A stretch of DNA of 19,928 nt from Candidatus Thorarchaeota archaeon (lineage in GTDB: Archaea; Asgardarchaeota; Thorarchaeia; Thorarchaeales; Thorarchaeaceae): assembly GCA_038893995.1 (NCBI GenBank), contig JAWAQK010000047.1, positions 1 through 19,928 of the forward strand, written 5' to 3'. A program made the position numbers and the translations under genes. This document shows, one piece after another, positions 1-8,559 of this stretch. Position 1 is the first letter of the stretch. Every line of letters starts with the position of its first letter. The notes under the pieces were generated by a model that saw only the letters and a program-made list of their open reading frames with translations, was not told where the DNA came from and ran no database searches.

Positions 1-2
1 GT

Positions 3-467
3 CTTCGTGTGCCAAGGACGTCTCCCGCAACGGTAGACAGGCTAAGAGGCCTGGTACGTGATGTCGGCACTGGTCTGTACAATCCAGTGGACCTTGCTGC
101 AGACTACTACAGTGACCGGACCGCTTCAGATGTCATACAGATTGTCGGCGAGGAACAGGAATTTGACTCTCTGCTGATAGAGGCGGACGTTCACAATGTT
201 CATCAGGTCGCCTCAATCGTCGGTGCTGCTGATTCGGCGGATGACTTTTGGCGTTCCCTAGCGGCTGCCTCGAAGAGAGTGGTTCAAGAAACGAACAAGC
301 CCGTGCTGACAGTGATACCAGAGGTCGCGTATCCTGAACAGAGGTCCAAGGTCTGGAACATATTTGTTGGCGAGGGGCTGCCCGTATTCAGAAACATGAG
401 AGAAGCCATTGGAGCCCTCGAGAGAGTCTGTGACTACTTTGAACACAGACATAGAACCTCCCATTGA
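3..467 (+). CDS. Acetate/acyl-CoA ligase (ADP-forming) alpha-subunit-like protein, C-terminal part (5' truncated by the window)
   Basis: Frame is open from the window edge. SPATVDRLR..GLYNPVDL and the terminal GLPVFRNMREAIGAL match the C-terminal ligase domain of AcdA-type acyl-CoA synthetases. Confidence 0.75.
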   Translation, partial: LRVPRTSPATVDRLRGLVRDVGTGLYNPVDLAADYYSDRTASDVIQIVGEEQEFDSLLIEADVHNVHQVASIVGAADSADDFWRSLAAASKRVVQETNKPVLTVIPEVAYPEQRSKVWNIFVGEGLPVFRNMREAIGALERVCDYFEHRHRTSH

Positions 468-583
468 TCGGGGTAGACCGCATGGTTCGATGCACTGGTC
501 TGTCCTGTGGGCAGAGCCAGACGGACATGATGATATTCGTCCAAATACTGCTTATTAGGCGGCCTTACAGTCCCGTCTCCGGG

Positions 584-1432
584 GTGTTGTCACTGGGAAA
601 GATCGCTGCTGTGGGCGTAGCCCTATATCTGATCTCCTATTTTGTTGCGCTTGGCCTATTGACACTTGAGGTCTTCAGGCTCTATGGATTGATGGACCAC
701 ATCTTCATCCGCACACTCCTCGACAATCTGGCAGCTGAGAACGTGTACCTCTACGTAGTGGTCCTCGCCATTCCACCCTTGGTGTTTCTGTGGTTCTTCT
801 CCGTTGCATTCAGGTCTGCCAAGGGGGCGGCAAAGAGACAGCTCATGTTCTGTCTCATCCCGCTTGCTGTGTTCTTGTGGGTCGCATTCTACGGAATCCT
901 GGCAATACTCTACATGGCGGCCACCTTCATAGGAGTGTACATGACCGCAGTAGGCAGCGGGATCGGTGGTTACGAGGACGGCAAGAAGCAGATCAGTATT
1001 GGTTCTCTTATTGCCCTCATTGGTGTCATGGTGGGCTTTGCACTCGAGCTCGCCAACAAGGGGTACCTCGATCTGATACTTCCCCTTGTTCAGGGGACTC
1101 TCAGTATGCCGATTGACCTGCAGAGCAGCTCGCCCAGCCCATCTGGATATGGGATTGGATACTACATCAGCATGATCTCGATGATGTATACAGCCATCAA
1201 GTCTGCTAGAGAGTCTTGGCAGCTGCGAGCCGACATCCTCAGTTCTAGCGCGACAGAGACGAGTGGCGGCGCATTGGGAATGGTCATGAACCCACTCTTC
1301 GTCGCGTTCTGGATCCTCGCCACGGTATTCTTCTTTCCCCTTCTGCCGTTTGAGTACCTCAACTGGGGTCTGGTCATCCTCTATGTCGTAGGTTGGGTCA
1401 CAGGCAGGGGCGCAGGCTCCTCTGCTTCTTAG
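584..1432 (+). CDS. Hypothetical polytopic membrane protein
   Basis: About 7-8 hydrophobic segments. The ORF is called from 464, but hydrophobic sequence begins near GTG584/TTG587, about 30 nt downstream of TATA-like TTATTA (552-557). Start uncertain. Confidence 0.7.
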   Translation: MLSLGKIAAVGVALYLISYFVALGLLTLEVFRLYGLMDHIFIRTLLDNLAAENVYLYVVVLAIPPLVFLWFFSVAFRSAKGAAKRQLMFCLIPLAVFLWVAFYGILAILYMAATFIGVYMTAVGSGIGGYEDGKKQISIGSLIALIGVMVGFALELANKGYLDLILPLVQGTLSMPIDLQSSSPSPSGYGIGYYISMISMMYTAIKSARESWQLRADILSSSATETSGGALGMVMNPLFVAFWILATVFFFPLLPFEYLNWGLVILYVVGWVTGRGAGSSAS

Positions 1433-1775
1433 GCATAGGTACTGGCGGGTACAGATTCAAGCACGGCATCCACGAGAGAGAGAGTCGTTGCGACAGAAGA
1501 CCTGGAGTGCAATCACGTTCTCAACCAGCTCCCTGGACCCTGTCCCACTCTCTCTCTGTCCCCTGTCGAGCGAATTCTAGTTATACCAACCAGTCGCTCG
1601 GTCAGCGGGTTCGTGACTCAGTTGGTCCTGCGCATGAGTGTCCCATATAGACACCTTCAAATCGCATTCCGTAGAGTGTCTTCCTGTCCTGTCCGTTGTT
1701 CTACTAGTCTGGTTCATGTAGATGTGACCGACCGTGAAGGACAGTGATCACTTGATTGGTGGCTGAACAGTTCAG

Positions 1776-4502
1776 ATGCACGGCGAGAAGATGGTCTACC
1801 GATTTGGAGCAGGTCAGGCTGACGGCAATGGAACGATGAAGGAGATCCTGGGTGGTAAGGGCGCATCCCTTGCAGAGGCCACGTTGCTTGGACTTCCAGT
1901 CCCACCCGGATTCACGATATCCACAGAAGTGTGCAGGCAGTATCTCCGCGATGGCCGACTCTCTGAAGAGGTGAAGAAGCAGATCGTCGACGCATTGCAC
2001 TGGGTTGAAGGTGTGATGGGAAAGAAGTTTGGTGATCCCGAGAACCCTCTCCTCGTTTCCTGCAGGTCTGGGGCGCGTCAGAGCATGCCCGGAATGATGG
2101 AAACTGTACTGAATGTAGGGCTGACGGTCAACACTATCCCGGGTCTGATCAGGAGCACCGGGAACGAATGGTTTGTCTATGACAGTTACCGACGTCTACT
2201 GATGATGTATGCCGATGTGGTCATGGAGAAGGCAGAGGGAATCGTTCCTGAGGAGGGTTCCGAGGGGATCCGTTCGCAGTTGGAGTGGCTCATGAGACGC
2301 GCGAAGAAAGAGGCTGGAGTTGAGTCGGACTCGGACATTCCCGTGTCCACGCTCAAGGAACTAGTGGAGGCATTCAAGGAGAGAATCCAGAAGGTTCTGG
2401 GTAGACCATTTCCCGATGATCCGTACGAACAGCTGTGGGGTGCTGTCACGTCGGTGTTCAAGAGTTGGAATGGTGCCAGGGCCGTTGCCTACAGACGCAT
2501 TGAGAACATACCTGACGATTGGGGCACTGCCTGTACAGTCCAGACGATGGTGTTTGGCAACATGGGTGCAAGGTCTGCAACTGGTGTGGCCTTTACCAGG
2601 AATCCGGCCACTGGTGCCAACCACTTCTATGGTGAATGTCTGTTCAACGCCCAGGGTGAGGACGTTGTTGCCGGCATTCGGACTCCAAACCCGCTCAATG
2701 AGGACAGCAGAAACGATCAGAACAGGCATCTGCCAACACTGGAGGAACAGATGCCCGAAGTCTATGCACAGTTAGTCGAATATCGGAACCTGCTCGAGCG
2801 ACACACACGTGACATGCTGGACCTGGAGTTCACAATCGAGGAGGGCAGGCTGTTCATTGTGCAGCACAGGTCAGGCAAGAGGACTGCCACAGCAGCCCTC
2901 GAGATCGCTCTGGACATGCTTGACGAGGGTCTCATTGACGAAGAGACTGCTATCATGCGCTTGGCCCCAGAACAACTGGGTCAGCTCCTATACCCCCTCT
3001 TAGATCCTGCGGCAGAGTCAAAGACCGAACCGATTGCCCGGGGACTTCCTGCCGGTCCTGGTGGCGCTGTTGGTCAGATCGTGTTCACTTCCGAGGACGC
3101 GGTCGCTTGGACAAAGTCCGGCAAGAAGGTGATACTGGTCCGTGAGGAGACCAATCCTGAGGACATCGAGGGAATGAGGGCCGCAGTGGGCCTACTCACG
3201 GCGAGAGGCGGCATGACGAGCCATGCAGCTCTGGTGACACGTGGATGGGGAAAGTGCTGTATAGTAGGTGCATCTGGGATAGACGTTGACCCCTATGAGA
3301 AGAAACTCGTGGTCGATGGTCGTGTGTTCCACGAGGGTGATGTGCTGAGCCTCAACGGCACTCTTGGCCTCGTGTACGCCGGCGCGCTGCCCATGATTGA
3401 CTCGACTAGGAATCCCCGGCTTCAGAGATTCATGAACATGGTCGACAAATATCGTCGGCTGAAGATACGCGCGAACGCAGATGCACCAGGGGATGCCAGA
3501 AAAGCCCGCGAGTTCGGCGCCGAAGGGATTGGGCTGTTCAGGACGGAGCACATGTTCTACGGAGAGGGCAGTGACGAGCCCTTGTTCCTGCTCCGCAAGA
3601 TGATACTCAGCAAGACCAAGAAGGAACGGATTGATGCCCTCGCCGAACTGAAACCATACATGAAGGAGGACGTCAAGGCGACACTCGAGGTCATGGACGG
3701 TCTTCCGGTGACTATCAGGCTGCTTGACCCTCCACTCCACGAGTTTGTTCCACAGAGCAAGATTGGCCAGGAACGGTTAGCTCATGCACTTGGCATCGAC
3801 ATTGACGAGGTCCGGAGACGTGGCGAGGCCCTTCACGAGAGCAACCCCATGATGGGGCATAGAGGTGTCAGGCTCGCAATAACTTACCCTGAGATATACG
3901 AGGTTCAGGTCAGGGCCATATTCGAGGCATGTGTTGAGCTCATCAAGGAGGGTCGGAACCCCCATCTTGAACTGATGATACCGGTCACAGTCGGTGCTGC
4001 TGAGCTGAAGGCAGTCAAGATGTCAGTGGATCGAGTCTACCAGGAAGTGAGAGATAGCACCGGAGTTGACATTCCTTTCCTATATGGGACCATGATTGAG
4101 ACTCCCCGTGCATGCATGCGTGCGGGTGACATGGCTGAGACCGCCGAGTTCTTTTCGTTTGGGACAAATGATCTCACCCAGATGGGTTTCGCCTTTAGCA
4201 GGGATGACATTGACACCTTCCTGCCAGCATACCTAGATCAGCACCTGCTGAGAAACGATCCGTTCAAGAGCATCGACAAGAGAGGCATTGGTGGGCTCAT
4301 GCGGATAGCAATAGAGAGGGGAAAGGAGCGCAGGCCCAGTATCAAGCTGGGCGTCTGCGGTGAGCATGGGGGTGACCCACGTTCAATCGAGTTCTTCGAC
4401 GAGATTGGACTCGACTATGTCTCTTGCTCTCCATTCAGACTGCCGATTGCAAGGCTCGCGGCTGCACAGTCTGCAATCAAGAAGAAGAGAGGACTGACAT
4501 AG
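1776..4502 (+). CDS. ppdK: Pyruvate, phosphate dikinase
   Basis: 908 aa. LGGKGA, PLLVSCRSGA, MPGMMETVLN, phospho-His motif GGMTSHAA, GIGLFRTEHMF, FSFGTNDLTQM, CGEHGGDP. Confidence 0.98.
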   Translation: MHGEKMVYRFGAGQADGNGTMKEILGGKGASLAEATLLGLPVPPGFTISTEVCRQYLRDGRLSEEVKKQIVDALHWVEGVMGKKFGDPENPLLVSCRSGARQSMPGMMETVLNVGLTVNTIPGLIRSTGNEWFVYDSYRRLLMMYADVVMEKAEGIVPEEGSEGIRSQLEWLMRRAKKEAGVESDSDIPVSTLKELVEAFKERIQKVLGRPFPDDPYEQLWGAVTSVFKSWNGARAVAYRRIENIPDDWGTACTVQTMVFGNMGARSATGVAFTRNPATGANHFYGECLFNAQGEDVVAGIRTPNPLNEDSRNDQNRHLPTLEEQMPEVYAQLVEYRNLLERHTRDMLDLEFTIEEGRLFIVQHRSGKRTATAALEIALDMLDEGLIDEETAIMRLAPEQLGQLLYPLLDPAAESKTEPIARGLPAGPGGAVGQIVFTSEDAVAWTKSGKKVILVREETNPEDIEGMRAAVGLLTARGGMTSHAALVTRGWGKCCIVGASGIDVDPYEKKLVVDGRVFHEGDVLSLNGTLGLVYAGALPMIDSTRNPRLQRFMNMVDKYRRLKIRANADAPGDARKAREFGAEGIGLFRTEHMFYGEGSDEPLFLLRKMILSKTKKERIDALAELKPYMKEDVKATLEVMDGLPVTIRLLDPPLHEFVPQSKIGQERLAHALGIDIDEVRRRGEALHESNPMMGHRGVRLAITYPEIYEVQVRAIFEACVELIKEGRNPHLELMIPVTVGAAELKAVKMSVDRVYQEVRDSTGVDIPFLYGTMIETPRACMRAGDMAETAEFFSFGTNDLTQMGFAFSRDDIDTFLPAYLDQHLLRNDPFKSIDKRGIGGLMRIAIERGKERRPSIKLGVCGEHGGDPRSIEFFDEIGLDYVSCSPFRLPIARLAAAQSAIKKKRGLT

Positions 4503-4507
4503 GTTGG

Positions 4508-4545
4508 TGACGGGCTCATTGGATGTCTTAATTCCGAGCCCGTCA
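4508..4545 (+). terminator. Stem-loop immediately after the ppdK stop (terminator or 3' stabiliser)
   Basis: Perfect 10-bp inverted repeat TGACGGGCTC (4508-4517) / GAGCCCGTCA (4536-4545), 5 nt after the stop. No strong T-tract. Confidence 0.5.
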
Positions 4546-4747
4546 AGACCTAGACAAGGAGATAGACGAGTTCATCTCAGGATCGTGCCACGAACTCAAT
4601 CTCTACTATGCCATCTGTCACTATAATTCTACTCATGGAACAGTCTGTTCTGGTTATTGAACAGGCAATTCGTACTCATCGGTATGCTTTATTAGGCGCT
4701 TCCGGTCCGGCTCGACCAGCGAAGACACACCGAGAGGCCAAGAAGCA

Positions 4748-5695
4748 ATGAAGAGAATTCTTGTCACAGGTGCATACGGACAGATTGGCACCGAGCTGGT
4801 AACTGCACTGAGAAAGAAGTACGGCGGCGACAACGTACTCGCCACAGGTCGCAAGAAGCCCCCTGCCGTACTGACTGCCGATGGTCCTTACGAGCACCTT
4901 GACGTACTAGATTCCAACGAACTACACACCATCATTGTCAACCATGACATCAATGTGATCATCCACAATGCGAGCATCCTCTCAGCAGCAGGAGAGAAGA
5001 ATCCTCAGCTTGCATACAGGACGAACATGGACGGTGCGTACAATGTTCTGGAGGCCGCAAGGGAACTGAGTCTCGACACAGTACTGATCCCAAGTTCCAT
5101 CGCAGCATTTGGCCCGAGTACTCCGCGCCAGAACACGCCAAACGACGTCATCATGCGTCCCACAACGATGTATGGAGTCACTAAGGTTGCCATCGAGCTA
5201 CTTGGCGAATACTACAATACAAGATTTGGTGTGGATTTTCGATCCCTGCGGTATCCTGGAATCATCAGTTCCGAGGCCCTGCCGGGTGGTGGGACCACAG
5301 ACTACGCGGTAGAGATCTTCTACGAGGCCATCAAGCACAGGAAGTACAAGTGTTTCCTGGGTCCCAACACTCGACTACCAATGATGTACATGCCCGACTG
5401 TATCAAGAGCACCATTGATCTGATCGAGGCGGACGCGAAACGCCTCAAACACAGGACCTTCAACGTGACGGCGTTCAGCTTCACCCCGGCTGAGCTTGCT
5501 GCGGAGATAAAGAAACACATCAAGGACTTTGAGATAGCCTACGAGCCGGACTTCAGGCAGAAGATTGCAGACTCGTGGCCCGAGACAATTGATGACAGTG
5601 TTGCCCGTCAGGAGTGGGGCTGGAAGCCTGACTTCGACCTGGCGTCCATGACCGAAGACATGATAAGGGTGTTGTCCAAGCGGCTGATCAAGTAG
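4748..5695 (+). CDS. tdh: L-threonine 3-dehydrogenase (SDR / NAD-dependent epimerase family)
   Basis: TGAYGQIG Rossmann motif, PSSIAAFG, catalytic YGVTK, and family-diagnostic PGGGTTDYAV, LPMMYMPD and RQKIADSWP. Confidence 0.92.
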   Translation: MKRILVTGAYGQIGTELVTALRKKYGGDNVLATGRKKPPAVLTADGPYEHLDVLDSNELHTIIVNHDINVIIHNASILSAAGEKNPQLAYRTNMDGAYNVLEAARELSLDTVLIPSSIAAFGPSTPRQNTPNDVIMRPTTMYGVTKVAIELLGEYYNTRFGVDFRSLRYPGIISSEALPGGGTTDYAVEIFYEAIKHRKYKCFLGPNTRLPMMYMPDCIKSTIDLIEADAKRLKHRTFNVTAFSFTPAELAAEIKKHIKDFEIAYEPDFRQKIADSWPETIDDSVARQEWGWKPDFDLASMTEDMIRVLSKRLIK

Positions 5696-5761
5696 TGCTC
5701 GCCGGAACCCCCCTGGATACCACTCCAAGAACGCGGCCCACCAAAGTCGAGAGAGGCAACG

Positions 5762-7507
5762 ATGACACACCGATTGAACACAGCTGCACAGTACTCCACA
5801 TTCCTCCTATTGGTCATAGTGACAGTGTCTTCGTTCTATCTGTCCTGGGCCTGTGAACAGGGCCTGGGCTACTTGAATGTAGAACGTGTCTCACTCGAGA
5901 GATATCCTGGGCGGACTGTGGACTTTCTGGTCTACAGACCCATCTCTCCTGTCCACGAGGGCCCAATGCCCATCATACTGACGATTCACGGTCTGGCCGG
6001 CTCCAAGGAGGGTATGTACTCTTTCAACACCGAGCTAGCACGGCGTGATCTAGTGGTTGTGTCAGTTGACTTGCCGGGGCACGGAGACTCCGTTCTGCCT
6101 TTCGACATCCAGGAACTTGGACCGATTGCCGAAGACTGCTATGCCGCCCTGAGATATGTCCAGTCCAGCAGCATGATGATCGACAACACCTCATACGCGG
6201 TCCTGACACACTCGATCGGGGCGGAGATCGCGATCCTGTTGTCCCAATACCCGGTGAAACCAATGGGCTACGTATTCGTGGGCTGGGCGCCATCTGTGGA
6301 GACTCCTCCTGGCAATATGATGATTGCCATAGGCGTGGTCGATGAGATGGTCTCGGTGGAAGTGGCACTGGACGTAATTCGCAGGGGTACTGGTCTATCA
6401 TCTGTCGAGCCCGACGTGACATATGGTTCATTTGAGGACGGTACTGCCTACAGGGTTTCTGTAGCCCCAACCGAACATGTCTTTGCGGCAGTCGATCCTA
6501 TAGTGGTGTCGTCGTCCATCTGGTGGTTGACTCAGTGCGTACGTGGGTCTGACGAGAGCGACATTGTTCCCAGCAGCAGCAATATGGTGTTTCAGCTCAG
6601 GACAGTCGGTATGACGACAGGTGCATTTGCCCTCCTCGTGTCTGTCCTCCCACTGTCGACAATCTTCCGACGGCTCGGGAACAGGAGTGTGTTCTCGATG
6701 CGACTCGAGCTATACGTCAGTGGCGATCCAGTGCGGAGACTCATCATGTCTGCTGCTCTTGGCGTGGTCATGACTGTCGTATTTGTCGTGAACCAGGTGC
6801 TGAGTCTCTACTTGTTCTACTGGGGGCTCAACTGGCCCAGCTCTATGTTTGCTCCGGGTGTCATGGCATTCTTTGCCATCTTTCCTGCGTGTGGTATCTT
6901 TGTACTGCGCAGAATTGGAGTACTCAGACTCTCGAACGGTGCAAATGGGGAGAGCATATCGACCACAGAGGGTTCTGGGACCGCACGATCAATCATTATT
7001 GGCACAGCCGAGGGCATTGCCATCGTGGGGTCCATCATCATACTGTATTATGTTGCATCTGTGGTTGTCAGTCCTGGAGCAACAGTCACCCTCTATCTCG
7101 TCCGTTTCCCTAACACAGTCAGACTGGTGAACACCCTTCTGATGATTCCTGCGGCTCTGGTGTTTACCGTGTTTGACTGCATCTGGGTCAAATGCCTCCT
7201 CATGAGCAGAATGCGTTCTACAGGTCCTGAAGTGGAGGCCCGGGACACTGTGCTTGCCATTGCAAGTCGACTGCTCCCTGCCGCAGGAAGTGCAGCTCTG
7301 GCAGTCTTCCTCATCACAGTCGCTGGATACGTAACGGGACCACTGGTCTTGGTCGGGCTGTTGCTACTCACCGTCACTGTGATTTCATCCCTGACGACTC
7401 TCCTCTTTGTTTCCTCACCAGCCACGCTCCGGAATATCTTTGGCGAGGCCCTTGTGGCGTCGTTCCTGTTGTGCTGGGCAATCGTTTCATCTCTACCTCT
7501 CGTCTGA
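5762..7507 (+). CDS. Membrane-anchored alpha/beta hydrolase with a multi-TM C-terminal domain
   Basis: N-terminal TM segment, IHGLAGSKE, VDLPGHGDS, nucleophile elbow THSIG, candidate Asp (GVVDEMV) and His (TEHV), then about 8 hydrophobic helices. Confidence 0.85.
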   Translation: MTHRLNTAAQYSTFLLLVIVTVSSFYLSWACEQGLGYLNVERVSLERYPGRTVDFLVYRPISPVHEGPMPIILTIHGLAGSKEGMYSFNTELARRDLVVVSVDLPGHGDSVLPFDIQELGPIAEDCYAALRYVQSSSMMIDNTSYAVLTHSIGAEIAILLSQYPVKPMGYVFVGWAPSVETPPGNMMIAIGVVDEMVSVEVALDVIRRGTGLSSVEPDVTYGSFEDGTAYRVSVAPTEHVFAAVDPIVVSSSIWWLTQCVRGSDESDIVPSSSNMVFQLRTVGMTTGAFALLVSVLPLSTIFRRLGNRSVFSMRLELYVSGDPVRRLIMSAALGVVMTVVFVVNQVLSLYLFYWGLNWPSSMFAPGVMAFFAIFPACGIFVLRRIGVLRLSNGANGESISTTEGSGTARSIIIGTAEGIAIVGSIIILYYVASVVVSPGATVTLYLVRFPNTVRLVNTLLMIPAALVFTVFDCIWVKCLLMSRMRSTGPEVEARDTVLAIASRLLPAAGSAALAVFLITVAGYVTGPLVLVGLLLLTVTVISSLTTLLFVSSPATLRNIFGEALVASFLLCWAIVSSLPLV

Positions 7508-7882
7508 CATGTGCTGGATGCTGGTCGCGGGACCTGGTCGGCTAGACGAGGCCTGCTCTCATTGTGCTCTCGGAAACCCCACGCTGGTCACGTCAGACTG
7601 TCAGTCTGTTGTTGCCTATTGCATTCATCATGTGAAGTCGATCTGTGCAACGGCCAGAGCCGTCCAGACTACTCGGTGGCACAATCTTCGAGCGAGATAT
7701 CATGATCACTCGGTAGGACAATCACGTTGCCCACTGTTCTGATCAGAGCCAGCATCCCGGAATTCCATTCTGCCTCGATCGGGCTCGAACCAGCCTCAGC
7801 ACAATGATGAAACTGAGTACGTCTGAGGACACGGCCTGTGCAGACATCGATTGACAGAGGGCGTGAATGACCGATCCGGCTG

Positions 7883-8119
7883 CTATGAGGCCTTCAGAGC
7901 GTACAGGAGTTCATCTTCCTGTTCGCCGACGATCTCCACATTTCCCCATCTGAGCATGCCTATGAGGTTCCAGACGATGAGGTCCTTCGGCATCCCTGTG
8001 ACCTCAGCCAGTCTCGTCACTGTGCTGGGGCCGCCTCTCAGGGCCTCCTGTATCGAGGACCTCTGCTTCCGGACGTCCCCACGTCTCTGTGCAAAGAACC
8101 TGACAAACGTGTTGTTCAT
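7883..8119 (-). CDS. Small winged helix-turn-helix protein (78 aa), last gene of the hdr operon
   Basis: ATG at 8119 overlaps the mvhD stop (ATGA). IQEALRGGPSTVTRLAEVTGMPKDLIVWNLIGMLRWGNVE has a wHTH pattern followed by a wing hairpin. Confidence 0.8.
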   Translation of the reverse strand: MNNTFVRFFAQRRGDVRKQRSSIQEALRGGPSTVTRLAEVTGMPKDLIVWNLIGMLRWGNVEIVGEQEDELLYALKAS

Positions 8120-8559
8120 CTCCACACTCTCCTCATTGGACCGAGTCTCCTGACCTGCTCGGTGAACATCCTGACCCCGTCTGCAAATATCTGTGCCTCT
8201 GAGGCGCTCGCCCACTGAAGCCGTATCCGTCTGGGGTCAATACCAGCCTGCTCAATGGCAGACTCCAGCAGCGCCCAGCGGGCCCTCAGCTTGAGGTTCC
8301 CACTGGTGTAGTGACAGTCTCCAGGATGACAGCCAGAGACCAGCACACCGTCTGCGCCCATCTCCAGTGGTGCCAGTATGAAGTCCGGACTTATCCTCCC
8401 AGTGCAGTTGACACGGATGATCCGTGCATTTGGAGGATACTGTATCCGGCTCGTGCCAGCAAGGTCTGCACCAGCGTACGAGCACCAGTTGCAACAGAAG
8501 GCGACTATGCGCGGCTCCCACTTCTGCTGGTCATCTGAGCTCTTCTCTGGAGTTGTCAT
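8116..8559 (-). CDS. mvhD: [2Fe-2S] hydrogenase/Hdr adaptor subunit MvhD (FlpD family)
   Basis: EPRIVAFCCNWCSYAGADLAG, IRVNCTGRI, GADGVLVSGCHPGDCHY..GN, WASASE. ATG 8559 overlaps the upstream stop (ATGA) and follows a GGAGGTGG SD. Confidence 0.95.
   Translation of the reverse strand: MTTPEKSSDDQQKWEPRIVAFCCNWCSYAGADLAGTSRIQYPPNARIIRVNCTGRISPDFILAPLEMGADGVLVSGCHPGDCHYTSGNLKLRARWALLESAIEQAGIDPRRIRLQWASASEAQIFADGVRMFTEQVRRLGPMRRVWR

Noticed and set aside
1475-1557. tRNA gene (83-nt closed stem)
   Set aside because: No T-loop GTTCRA, D-loop or anticodon arm pattern.
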